NCBI GenBank assembly: GCA_043228905.1
Contig: JBHGNT010000009.1
Span: forward strand, 18,352,001-18,416,000
Direction: 5' to 3'
DNA from: Azolla caroliniana
Taxonomy: Eukaryota; Plantae; Polypodiophyta
Length of the DNA stretch: 64,000 nt
Shown: positions 53,557-64,000 of the stretch, piece after piece
Layout of the letters: each line of letters starts with the position of its first letter
Numbering within the stretch: the stretch's first letter is position 1
The notes under the pieces: model-generated
What the model was told of the DNA's origin: nothing
Databases searched by the model: none
The model's input: the letters and a program-made list of their open reading frames with translations, nothing else
Program-made: the position numbers and the translations under genes

Positions 53557-53813
53557 TTCGGTTTTCCGTTGGTAATTGTAGTCCCATTGAGGATCGCGAT
53601 TGACGTGCGGCACACTTTTGACGAGGAATTTGTGCCGGATAAACCATTCCATTTCTTTTACCTGTTAAACATCATCATCCTCGTAAATGAATGCAACCAT
53701 TAAGCCAAAACAGTGGATACAAAGATCACATTTTCTGGACGGTTGAGACGAATGCGCATTATGACTCCGTGAATGATTCTCGGTCGTCGTGCACTAGGGT
53801 CACGATTCTAAAC

Positions 53814-53886
53814 CGACCCTACTAGGGGTCGAACCTAGAATCTTTGGTTTCGAAGACCAACGCCTTATCCATTAGGCCATAGGATC
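53814..53886 (-). tRNA. trnR-TCG: tRNA-Arg(TCG), unit 15
   Basis: Same as the unit 1 copy. Confidence 0.93.
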
Positions 53887-54662
53887 TTCGACCTTTCATC
53901 GAAAAGCGAAGGGAATGAAGATCTCACATGTGAACGGATAGGACCTCTTATTTCTCGTCATATTTCTTGATCGTCGTATTTTTCGTAGGATCTCTTGTCT
54001 CTTACCTTACCATTATATTACTCGCCACATTACGGAGATGAGCTTAAATGGGTTTATCGGATAAAGGTATGCGGTGTGACGTATGCAATCCATAGAAAAG
54101 CATTCATGACCGTACAAATGACCTTCGAGAAGAGTTTTCGTCTCGAACTGCCAATCTCTGATGCGCAACGTTACCGTTCTCGTCTCATGATACCAACCGC
54201 TAGATTCTTCCACTCGTACGTAAACTTGCATTGTTGAATCTCGAATACGCTACCTTCTATTAATTCTACCCTAACCAAATGAAGAGTATCGCGCATGCGA
54301 CGTCTTAGTGGCGGCCTTCGTGTAGGTTGTTTCTAAATCTTAAACGACGTCATCCTTGTGGACGACTACATTCAAATGCACACCATACAACAACTAGGCG
54401 TCATCACATTCTCGCGTCTACTCGCTTGTATTCAAACTAGGAGCACGGCGAGCCTAAGCAAGAAAGGCATTGTTCATATGTTCCCTCGAGCGAGTGCGCA
54501 TTAAAAATATGTGAACGGCATCGTCGTGATCGATGATTACGTTCAAATGAGCGACTTTTATCCCTTCCCCAATCCACGCATGTATTGATTGCGCAACGTT
54601 ACCGAGCACTCTCGTTGTCATCGTCGTATTCCGATTCTCGAGAAGCGGAACCTAATCCTAGT

Positions 54663-54735
54663 CGATCCTACTAGGGATCGAACCTAGAATCTCTGGTTTC
54701 GTAGACCAGCGCCTTATCCATTGGGCCATAGGATC
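54663..54735 (-). tRNA. trnR-ACG: tRNA-Arg(ACG), unit 16
   Basis: Gene body same as unit 1; trailer SNP at 54661. Confidence 0.95.
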
Positions 54736-54992
54736 TTCGGTTTTCCGTTGGTAATTGTAGTCCCATTGAGGATCGCGATTGACGTGCGGCACACTTTTGA
54801 CGAGGAATTTGTGCCGGATAAACCATTCCATTTCTTTTACCTGTTAAACATCATCATCCTCGTAAATGAATGCAACCATTAAGCCAAAACAGTGGATACA
54901 AAGATCACATTTTCTGGACGGTTGAGACGAATGCGCATTATGACTCCGTGAATGATTCTCGGTCGTCGTGCACTAGGGTCACGATTCTAAAC

Positions 54993-55065
54993 CGACCCTA
55001 CTAGGGGTCGAACCTAGAATCTTTGGTTTCGAAGACCAACGCCTTATCCATTAGGCCATAGGATC
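54993..55065 (-). tRNA. trnR-TCG: tRNA-Arg(TCG), unit 16
   Basis: Same as the unit 1 copy. Confidence 0.93.
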
Positions 55066-55841
55066 TTCGACCTTTCATCGAAAAGCGAAGGGAATGAAGA
55101 TCTCACATGTGAACGGATAGGACCTCTTATTTCTCGTCATATTTCTTGATCGTCGTATTTTTCGTAGGATCTCTTGTCTCTTACCTTACCATTATATTAC
55201 TCGCCACATTACGGAGATGAGCTTAAATGGGTTTATCGGATAAAGGTATGCGGTGTGACGTATGCAATCCATAGAAAAGCATTCATGACCGTACAAATGA
55301 CCTTCGAGAAGAGTTTTCGTCTCGAACTGCCAATCTCTGATGCGCAACGTTACCGTTCTCGTCTCATGATACCAACCGCTAGATTCTTCCACTCGTACGT
55401 AAACTTGCATTGTTGAATCTCGAATACGCTACCTTCTATTAATTCTACCCTAACCAAATGAAGAGTATCGCGCATGCGACGTCTTAGTGGCGGCCTTCGT
55501 GTAGGTTGTTTCTAAATCTTAAACGACGTCATCCTTGTGGACGACTACATTCAAATGCACACCATACAACAACTAGGCGTCATCACATTCTCGCGTCTAC
55601 TCGCTTGTATTCAAACTAGGAGCACGGCGAGCCTAAGCAAGAAAGGCATTGTTCATATGTTCCCTCGAGCGAGTGCGCATTAAAAATATGTGAACGGCAT
55701 CGTCGTGATCGATGATTACGTTCAAATGAGCGACTTTTATCCCTTCCCCAATCCACGCATGTATTGATTGCGCAACGTTACCGAGCACTCTCGTTGTCAT
55801 CGTCGTATTCCGATTCTCGAGAAGCGGAACCTAATCCTAAT

Positions 55842-55914
55842 CGATCCTACTAGGGATCGAACCTAGAATCTCTGGTTTCGTAGACCAGCGCCTTATCCAT
55901 TGGGCCATAGGATC
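55842..55914 (-). tRNA. trnR-ACG: tRNA-Arg(ACG), unit 17
   Basis: Same as the unit 1 copy. Confidence 0.95.
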
Positions 55915-56171
55915 TTCGGTTTTCCGTTGGTAATTGTAGTCCCATTGAGGATCGCGATTGACGTGCGGCACACTTTTGACGAGGAATTTGTGCCGGATAA
56001 ACCATTCCATTTCTTTTACCTGTTAAACATCATCATCCTCGTAAATGAATGCAACCATTAAGCCAAAACAGTGGATACAAAGATCACATTTTCTGGACGG
56101 TTGAGACGAATGCGCATTATGACTCCGTGAATGATTCTCGGTCGTCGTGCACTAGGGTCACGATTCTAAAC

Positions 56172-56244
56172 CGACCCTACTAGGGGTCGAACCTAGAATC
56201 TTTGGTTTCGAAGACCAACGCCTTATCCATTAGGCCATAGGATC
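56172..56244 (-). tRNA. trnR-TCG: tRNA-Arg(TCG), unit 17
   Basis: Same as the unit 1 copy. Confidence 0.93.
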
Positions 56245-57020
56245 TTCGACCTTTCATCGAAAAGCGAAGGGAATGAAGATCTCACATGTGAACGGATAGG
56301 ACCTCTTATTTCTCGTCATATTTCTTGATCGTCGTATTTTTCGTAGGATCTCTTGTCTCTTACCTTACCATTATATTACTCGCCACATTACGGAGATGAG
56401 CTTAAATGGGTTTATCGGATAAAGGTATGCGGTGTGACGTATGCAATCCATAGAAAAGCATTCATGACCGTACAAATGACCTTCGAGAAGAGTTTTCGTC
56501 TCGAACTGCCAATCTCTGATGCGCAACGTTACCGTTCTCGTCTCATGATACCAACCGCTAGATTCTTCCACTCGTACGTAAACTTGCATTGTTGAATCTC
56601 GAATACGCTACCTTCTATTAATTCTACCCTAACCAAATGAAGAGTATCGCGCATGCGACGTCTTAGTGGCGGCCTTCGTGTAGGTTGTTTCTAAATCTTA
56701 AACGACGTCATCCTTGTGGACGACTACATTCAAATGCACACCATACAACAACTAGGCGTCATCACATTCTCGCGTCTACTCGCTTGTATTCAAACTAGGA
56801 GCACGGCGAGCCTAAGCAAGAAAGGCATTGTTCATATGTTCCCTCGAGCGAGTGCGCATTAAAAATATGTGAACGGCATCGTCGTGATCGATGATTACGT
56901 TCAAATGAGCGACTTTTATCCCTTCCCCAATCCACGCATGTATTGATTGCGCAACGTTACCGAGCACTCTCGTTGTCATCGTCGTATTCCGATTCTCGAG
57001 AAGCGGAACCTAATCCTAAT

Positions 57021-57093
57021 CGATCCTACTAGGGATCGAACCTAGAATCTCTGGTTTCGTAGACCAGCGCCTTATCCATTGGGCCATAGGATC
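57021..57093 (-). tRNA. trnR-ACG: tRNA-Arg(ACG), unit 18
   Basis: Same as the unit 1 copy. Confidence 0.95.
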
Positions 57094-57350
57094 TTCGGTT
57101 TTCCGTTGGTAATTGTAGTCCCATTGAGGATCGCGATTGACGTGCGGCACACTTTTGACGAGGAATTTGTGCCGGATAAACCATTCCATTTCTTTTACCT
57201 GTTAAACATCATCATCCTCGTAAATGAATGCAACCATTAAGCCAAAACAGTGGATACAAAGATCACATTTTCTGGACGGTTGAGACGAATGCGCATTATG
57301 ACTCCGTGAATGATTCTCGGTCGTCGTGCACTAGGGTCACGATTCTAAAC

Positions 57351-57423
57351 CGACCCTACTAGGGGTCGAACCTAGAATCTTTGGTTTCGAAGACCAACGC
57401 CTTATCCATTAGGCCATAGGATC
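57351..57423 (-). tRNA. trnR-TCG: tRNA-Arg(TCG), unit 18
   Basis: Same as the unit 1 copy. Confidence 0.93.
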
Positions 57424-58199
57424 TTCGACCTTTCATCGAAAAGCGAAGGGAATGAAGATCTCACATGTGAACGGATAGGACCTCTTATTTCTCGTCATAT
57501 TTCTTGATCGTCGTATTTTTCGTAGGATCTCTTGTCTCTTACCTTACCATTATATTACTCGCCACATTACGGAGATGAGCTTAAATGGGTTTATCGGATA
57601 AAGGTATGCGGTGTGACGTATGCAATCCATAGAAAAGCATTCATGACCGTACAAATGACCTTCGAGAAGAGTTTTCGTCTCGAACTGCCAATCTCTGATG
57701 CGCAACGTTACCGTTCTCGTCTCATGATACCAACCGCTAGATTCTTCCACTCGTACGTAAACTTGCATTGTTGAATCTCGAATACGCTACCTTCTATTAA
57801 TTCTACCCTAACCAAATGAAGAGTATCGCGCATGCGACGTCTTAGTGGCGGCCTTCGTGTAGGTTGTTTCTAAATCTTAAACGACGTCATCCTTGTGGAC
57901 GACTACATTCAAATGCACACCATACAACAACTAGGCGTCATCACATTCTCGCGTCTACTCGCTTGTATTCAAACTAGGAGCACGGCGAGCCTAAGCAAGA
58001 AAGGCATTGTTCATATGTTCCCTCGAGCGAGTGCGCATTAAAAATATGTGAACGGCATCGTCGTGATCGATGATTACGTTCAAATGAGCGACTTTTATCC
58101 CTTCCCCAATCCACGCATGTATTGATTGCGCAACGTTACCGAGCACTCTCGTTGTCATCGTCGTATTCCGATTCTCGAGAAGCGGAACCTAATCCTAGT

Positions 58200-58272
58200 C
58201 GATCCTACTAGGGATCGAACCTAGAATCTCTGGTTTCGTAGACCAGCGCCTTATCCATTGGGCCATAGGATC
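58200..58272 (-). tRNA. trnR-ACG: tRNA-Arg(ACG), unit 19
   Basis: Gene body same as unit 1; trailer SNP at 58198. Confidence 0.95.
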
Positions 58273-58529
58273 TTCGGTTTTCCGTTGGTAATTGTAGTCC
58301 CATTGAGGATCGCGATTGACGTGCGGCACACTTTTGACGAGGAATTTGTGCCGGATAAACCATTCCATTTCTTTTACCTGTTAAACATCATCATCCTCGT
58401 AAATGAATGCAACCATTAAGCCAAAACAGTGGATACAAAGATCACATTTTCTGGACGGTTGAGACGAATGCGCATTATGACTCCGTGAATGATTCTCGGT
58501 CGTCGTGCACTAGGGTCACGATTCTAAAC

Positions 58530-58602
58530 CGACCCTACTAGGGGTCGAACCTAGAATCTTTGGTTTCGAAGACCAACGCCTTATCCATTAGGCCATAGGA
58601 TC
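58530..58602 (-). tRNA. trnR-TCG: tRNA-Arg(TCG), unit 19
   Basis: Same as the unit 1 copy. Confidence 0.93.
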
Positions 58603-59378
58603 TTCGACCTTTCATCGAAAAGCGAAGGGAATGAAGATCTCACATGTGAACGGATAGGACCTCTTATTTCTCGTCATATTTCTTGATCGTCGTATTTTTC
58701 GTAGGATCTCTTGTCTCTTACCTTACCATTATATTACTCGCCACATTACGGAGATGAGCTTAAATGGGTTTATCGGATAAAGGTATGCGGTGTGACGTAT
58801 GCAATCCATAGAAAAGCATTCATGACCGTACAAATGACCTTCGAGAAGAGTTTTCGTCTCGAACTGCCAATCTCTGATGCGCAACGTTACCGTTCTCGTC
58901 TCATGATACCAACCGCTAGATTCTTCCACTCGTACGTAAACTTGCATTGTTGAATCTCGAATACGCTACCTTCTATTAATTCTACCCTAACCAAATGAAG
59001 AGTATCGCGCATGCGACGTCTTAGTGGCGGCCTTCGTGTAGGTTGTTTCTAAATCTTAAACGACGTCATCCTTGTGGACGACTACATTCAAATGCACACC
59101 ATACAACAACTAGGCGTCATCACATTCTCGCGTCTACTCGCTTGTATTCAAACTAGGAGCACGGCGAGCCTAAGCAAGAAAGGCATTGTTCATATGTTCC
59201 CTCGAGCGAGTGCGCATTAAAAATATGTGAACGGCATCGTCGTGATCGATGATTACGTTCAAATGAGCGACTTTTATCCCTTCCCCAATCCACGCATGTA
59301 TTGATTGCGCAACGTTACCGAGCACTCTCGTTGTCATCGTCGTATTCCGATTCTCGAGAAGCGGAACCTAATCCTAAT

Positions 59379-59451
59379 CGATCCTACTAGGGATCGAACC
59401 TAGAATCTCTGGTTTCGTAGACCAGCGCCTTATCCATTGGGCCATAGGATC
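59379..59451 (-). tRNA. trnR-ACG: tRNA-Arg(ACG), unit 20
   Basis: Same as the unit 1 copy. Confidence 0.95.
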
Positions 59452-59708
59452 TTCGGTTTTCCGTTGGTAATTGTAGTCCCATTGAGGATCGCGATTGACG
59501 TGCGGCACACTTTTGACGAGGAATTTGTGCCGGATAAACCATTCCATTTCTTTTACCTGTTAAACATCATCATCCTCGTAAATGAATGCAACCATTAAGC
59601 CAAAACAGTGGATACAAAGATCACATTTTCTGGACGGTTGAGACGAATGCGCATTATGACTCCGTGAATGATTCTCGGTCGTCGTGCACTAGGGTCACGA
59701 TTCTAAAC

Positions 59709-59781
59709 CGACCCTACTAGGGGTCGAACCTAGAATCTTTGGTTTCGAAGACCAACGCCTTATCCATTAGGCCATAGGATC
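59709..59781 (-). tRNA. trnR-TCG: tRNA-Arg(TCG), unit 20
   Basis: Same as the unit 1 copy. Confidence 0.93.
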
Positions 59782-60557
59782 TTCGACCTTTCATCGAAAA
59801 GCGAAGGGAATGAAGATCTCACATGTGAACGGATAGGACCTCTTATTTCTCGTCATATTTCTTGATCGTCGTATTTTTCGTAGGATCTCTTGTCTCTTAC
59901 CTTACCATTATATTACTCGCCACATTACGGAGATGAGCTTAAATGGGTTTATCGGATAAAGGTATGCGGTGTGACGTATGCAATCCATAGAAAAGCATTC
60001 ATGACCGTACAAATGACCTTCGAGAAGAGTTTTCGTCTCGAACTGCCAATCTCTGATGCGCAACGTTACCGTTCTCGTCTCATGATACCAACCGCTAGAT
60101 TCTTCCACTCGTACGTAAACTTGCATTGTTGAATCTCGAATACGCTACCTTCTATTAATTCTACCCTAACCAAATGAAGAGTATCGCGCATGCGACGTCT
60201 TAGTGGCGGCCTTCGTGTAGGTTGTTTCTAAATCTTAAACGACGTCATCCTTGTGGACGACTACATTCAAATGCACACCATACAACAACTAGGCGTCATC
60301 ACATTCTCGCGTCTACTCGCTTGTATTCAAACTAGGAGCACGGCGAGCCTAAGCAAGAAAGGCATTGTTCATATGTTCCCTCGAGCGAGTGCGCATTAAA
60401 AATATGTGAACGGCATCGTCGTGATCGATGATTACGTTCAAATGAGCGACTTTTATCCCTTCCCCAATCCACGCATGTATTGATTGCGCAACGTTACCGA
60501 GCACTCTCGTTGTCATCGTCGTATTCCGATTCTCGAGAAGCGGAACCTAATCCTAGT

Positions 60558-60630
60558 CGATCCTACTAGGGATCGAACCTAGAATCTCTGGTTTCGTAGA
60601 CCAGCGCCTTATCCATTGGGCCATAGGATC
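60558..60630 (-). tRNA. trnR-ACG: tRNA-Arg(ACG), unit 21
   Basis: Gene body same as unit 1; trailer SNP at 60556. Confidence 0.95.
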
Positions 60631-60887
60631 TTCGGTTTTCCGTTGGTAATTGTAGTCCCATTGAGGATCGCGATTGACGTGCGGCACACTTTTGACGAGG
60701 AATTTGTGCCGGATAAACCATTCCATTTCTTTTACCTGTTAAACATCATCATCCTCGTAAATGAATGCAACCATTAAGCCAAAACAGTGGATACAAAGAT
60801 CACATTTTCTGGACGGTTGAGACGAATGCGCATTATGACTCCGTGAATGATTCTCGGTCGTCGTGCACTAGGGTCACGATTCTAAAC

Positions 60888-60960
60888 CGACCCTACTAGG
60901 GGTCGAACCTAGAATCTTTGGTTTCGAAGACCAACGCCTTATCCATTAGGCCATAGGATC
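60888..60960 (-). tRNA. trnR-TCG: tRNA-Arg(TCG), unit 21
   Basis: Same as the unit 1 copy. Confidence 0.93.
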
Positions 60961-61736
60961 TTCGACCTTTCATCGAAAAGCGAAGGGAATGAAGATCTCA
61001 CATGTGAACGGATAGGACCTCTTATTTCTCGTCATATTTCTTGATCGTCGTATTTTTCGTAGGATCTCTTGTCTCTTACCTTACCATTATATTACTCGCC
61101 ACATTACGGAGATGAGCTTAAATGGGTTTATCGGATAAAGGTATGCGGTGTGACGTATGCAATCCATAGAAAAGCATTCATGACCGTACAAATGACCTTC
61201 GAGAAGAGTTTTCGTCTCGAACTGCCAATCTCTGATGCGCAACGTTACCGTTCTCGTCTCATGATACCAACCGCTAGATTCTTCCACTCGTACGTAAACT
61301 TGCATTGTTGAATCTCGAATACGCTACCTTCTATTAATTCTACCCTAACCAAATGAAGAGTATCGCGCATGCGACGTCTTAGTGGCGGCCTTCGTGTAGG
61401 TTGTTTCTAAATCTTAAACGACGTCATCCTTGTGGACGACTACATTCAAATGCACACCATACAACAACTAGGCGTCATCACATTCTCGCGTCTACTCGCT
61501 TGTATTCAAACTAGGAGCACGGCGAGCCTAAGCAAGAAAGGCATTGTTCATATGTTCCCTCGAGCGAGTGCGCATTAAAAATATGTGAACGGCATCGTCG
61601 TGATCGATGATTACGTTCAAATGAGCGACTTTTATCCCTTCCCCAATCCACGCATGTATTGATTGCGCAACGTTACCGAGCACTCTCGTTGTCATCGTCG
61701 TATTCCGATTCTCGAGAAGCGGAACCTAATCCTAAT

Positions 61737-61809
61737 CGATCCTACTAGGGATCGAACCTAGAATCTCTGGTTTCGTAGACCAGCGCCTTATCCATTGGGC
61801 CATAGGATC
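61737..61809 (-). tRNA. trnR-ACG: tRNA-Arg(ACG), unit 22
   Basis: Same as the unit 1 copy. Confidence 0.95.
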
Positions 61810-62066
61810 TTCGGTTTTCCGTTGGTAATTGTAGTCCCATTGAGGATCGCGATTGACGTGCGGCACACTTTTGACGAGGAATTTGTGCCGGATAAACCAT
61901 TCCATTTCTTTTACCTGTTAAACATCATCATCCTCGTAAATGAATGCAACCATTAAGCCAAAACAGTGGATACAAAGATCACATTTTCTGGACGGTTGAG
62001 ACGAATGCGCATTATGACTCCGTGAATGATTCTCGGTCGTCGTGCACTAGGGTCACGATTCTAAAC

Positions 62067-62139
62067 CGACCCTACTAGGGGTCGAACCTAGAATCTTTGG
62101 TTTCGAAGACCAACGCCTTATCCATTAGGCCATAGGATC
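62067..62139 (-). tRNA. trnR-TCG: tRNA-Arg(TCG), unit 22
   Basis: Same as the unit 1 copy. Confidence 0.93.
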
Positions 62140-62915
62140 TTCGACCTTTCATCGAAAAGCGAAGGGAATGAAGATCTCACATGTGAACGGATAGGACCTC
62201 TTATTTCTCGTCATATTTCTTGATCGTCGTATTTTTCGTAGGATCTCTTGTCTCTTACCTTACCATTATATTACTCGCCACATTACGGAGATGAGCTTAA
62301 ATGGGTTTATCGGATAAAGGTATGCGGTGTGACGTATGCAATCCATAGAAAAGCATTCATGACCGTACAAATGACCTTCGAGAAGAGTTTTCGTCTCGAA
62401 CTGCCAATCTCTGATGCGCAACGTTACCGTTCTCGTCTCATGATACCAACCGCTAGATTCTTCCACTCGTACGTAAACTTGCATTGTTGAATCTCGAATA
62501 CGCTACCTTCTATTAATTCTACCCTAACCAAATGAAGAGTATCGCGCATGCGACGTCTTAGTGGCGGCCTTCGTGTAGGTTGTTTCTAAATCTTAAACGA
62601 CGTCATCCTTGTGGACGACTACATTCAAATGCACACCATACAACAACTAGGCGTCATCACATTCTCGCGTCTACTCGCTTGTATTCAAACTAGGAGCACG
62701 GCGAGCCTAAGCAAGAAAGGCATTGTTCATATGTTCCCTCGAGCGAGTGCGCATTAAAAATATGTGAACGGCATCGTCGTGATCGATGATTACGTTCAAA
62801 TGAGCGACTTTTATCCCTTCCCCAATCCACGCATGTATTGATTGCGCAACGTTACCGAGCACTCTCGTTGTCATCGTCGTATTCCGATTCTCGAGAAGCG
62901 GAACCTAATCCTAGT

Positions 62916-62988
62916 CGATCCTACTAGGGATCGAACCTAGAATCTCTGGTTTCGTAGACCAGCGCCTTATCCATTGGGCCATAGGATC
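62916..62988 (-). tRNA. trnR-ACG: tRNA-Arg(ACG), unit 23
   Basis: Gene body same as unit 1; trailer SNP at 62914. Confidence 0.95.
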
Positions 62989-63245
62989 TTCGGTTTTCCG
63001 TTGGTAATTGTAGTCCCATTGAGGATCGCGATTGACGTGCGGCACACTTTTGACGAGGAATTTGTGCCGGATAAACCATTCCATTTCTTTTACCTGTTAA
63101 ACATCATCATCCTCGTAAATGAATGCAACCATTAAGCCAAAACAGTGGATACAAAGATCACATTTTCTGGACGGTTGAGACGAATGCGCATTATGACTCC
63201 GTGAATGATTCTCGGTCGTCGTGCACTAGGGTCACGATTCTAAAC

Positions 63246-63318
63246 CGACCCTACTAGGGGTCGAACCTAGAATCTTTGGTTTCGAAGACCAACGCCTTAT
63301 CCATTAGGCCATAGGATC
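63246..63318 (-). tRNA. trnR-TCG: tRNA-Arg(TCG), unit 23
   Basis: Same as the unit 1 copy. Confidence 0.93.
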
Positions 63319-64000
63319 TTCGACCTTTCATCGAAAAGCGAAGGGAATGAAGATCTCACATGTGAACGGATAGGACCTCTTATTTCTCGTCATATTTCTT
63401 GATCGTCGTATTTTTCGTAGGATCTCTTGTCTCTTACCTTACCATTATATTACTCGCCACATTACGGAGATGAGCTTAAATGGGTTTATCGGATAAAGGT
63501 ATGCGGTGTGACGTATGCAATCCATAGAAAAGCATTCATGACCGTACAAATGACCTTCGAGAAGAGTTTTCGTCTCGAACTGCCAATCTCTGATGCGCAA
63601 CGTTACCGTTCTCGTCTCATGATACCAACCGCTAGATTCTTCCACTCGTACGTAAACTTGCATTGTTGAATCTCGAATACGCTACCTTCTATTAATTCTA
63701 CCCTAACCAAATGAAGAGTATCGCGCATGCGACGTCTTAGTGGCGGCCTTCGTGTAGGTTGTTTCTAAATCTTAAACGACGTCATCCTTGTGGACGACTA
63801 CATTCAAATGCACACCATACAACAACTAGGCGTCATCACATTCTCGCGTCTACTCGCTTGTATTCAAACTAGGAGCACGGCGAGCCTAAGCAAGAAAGGC
63901 ATTGTTCATATGTTCCCTCGAGCGAGTGCGCATTAAAAATATGTGAACGGCATCGTCGTGATCGATGATTACGTTCAAATGAGCGACTTTTATCCCTTCC

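Larger units (their letters stand above)
36505..64000. repeat. Tandem tRNA-gene array: 1179-bp unit, 23 full copies plus a partial copy, truncated by the window end
   Basis: Exact 1179-bp periodicity (one unit is 1153 bp), with a sharp left boundary at 36505. Each unit has tRNA-Arg(ACG) and tRNA-Arg(TCG) on the minus strand, 330 bp apart. Confidence 0.98.

Noticed and set aside
37515-63669. Repeated 80-aa (+) and 72-aa (-) ORFs in every array unit
   Set aside because: At least the 80-aa ORF starts at a non-ATG codon (TTG); the two overlap on opposite strands and show no recognisable domain. They recur only because the unit is repeated.
36505-64000. CRISPR array, 5S rDNA array or tRNA-derived SINE array
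   Set aside because: Spacers are identical rather than unique and there are no cas genes. No 5S rRNA sequence was recognised. The tRNAs are complete cloverleaves with no SINE body, poly(A) tail or TSDs.

Overview
Eukaryotic land-plant nuclear DNA with spliceosomal introns. A non-seed plant such as a fern is plausible but cannot be established from this sequence. The left ~36.5 kb is gene-dense and holds five intron-containing genes: a GGQ class-I release-factor-like protein (-), Mediator subunit MED22 (-), a pfkB-family sugar kinase with a GC-AG intron (-), a TOM2A/TET18-20-like tetraspanin with a U12-type intron (+), and a CASP-like 5A protein (-). It also contains an internally deleted Copia LTR retrotransposon inserted near the centre of a long inverted-repeat (foldback) element, LINE remnants and several minisatellites. 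From 36505 to the window end is a near-perfect, CpG-rich tandem array of a 1179-bp unit (23 full units plus a partial one, running off the window). Each unit carries two minus-strand arginine tRNA genes, tRNA-Arg(ACG) and tRNA-Arg(TCG), for 46 tRNA genes in total. The TCG gene differs from the ACG gene at only 6 of 73 nt, including a compensated anticodon-stem pair, so it looks like an anticodon-switched paralogue co-amplified 1:1 with its parent. This array is the main point of interest. All gene models and family calls were made by eye, without database searches.
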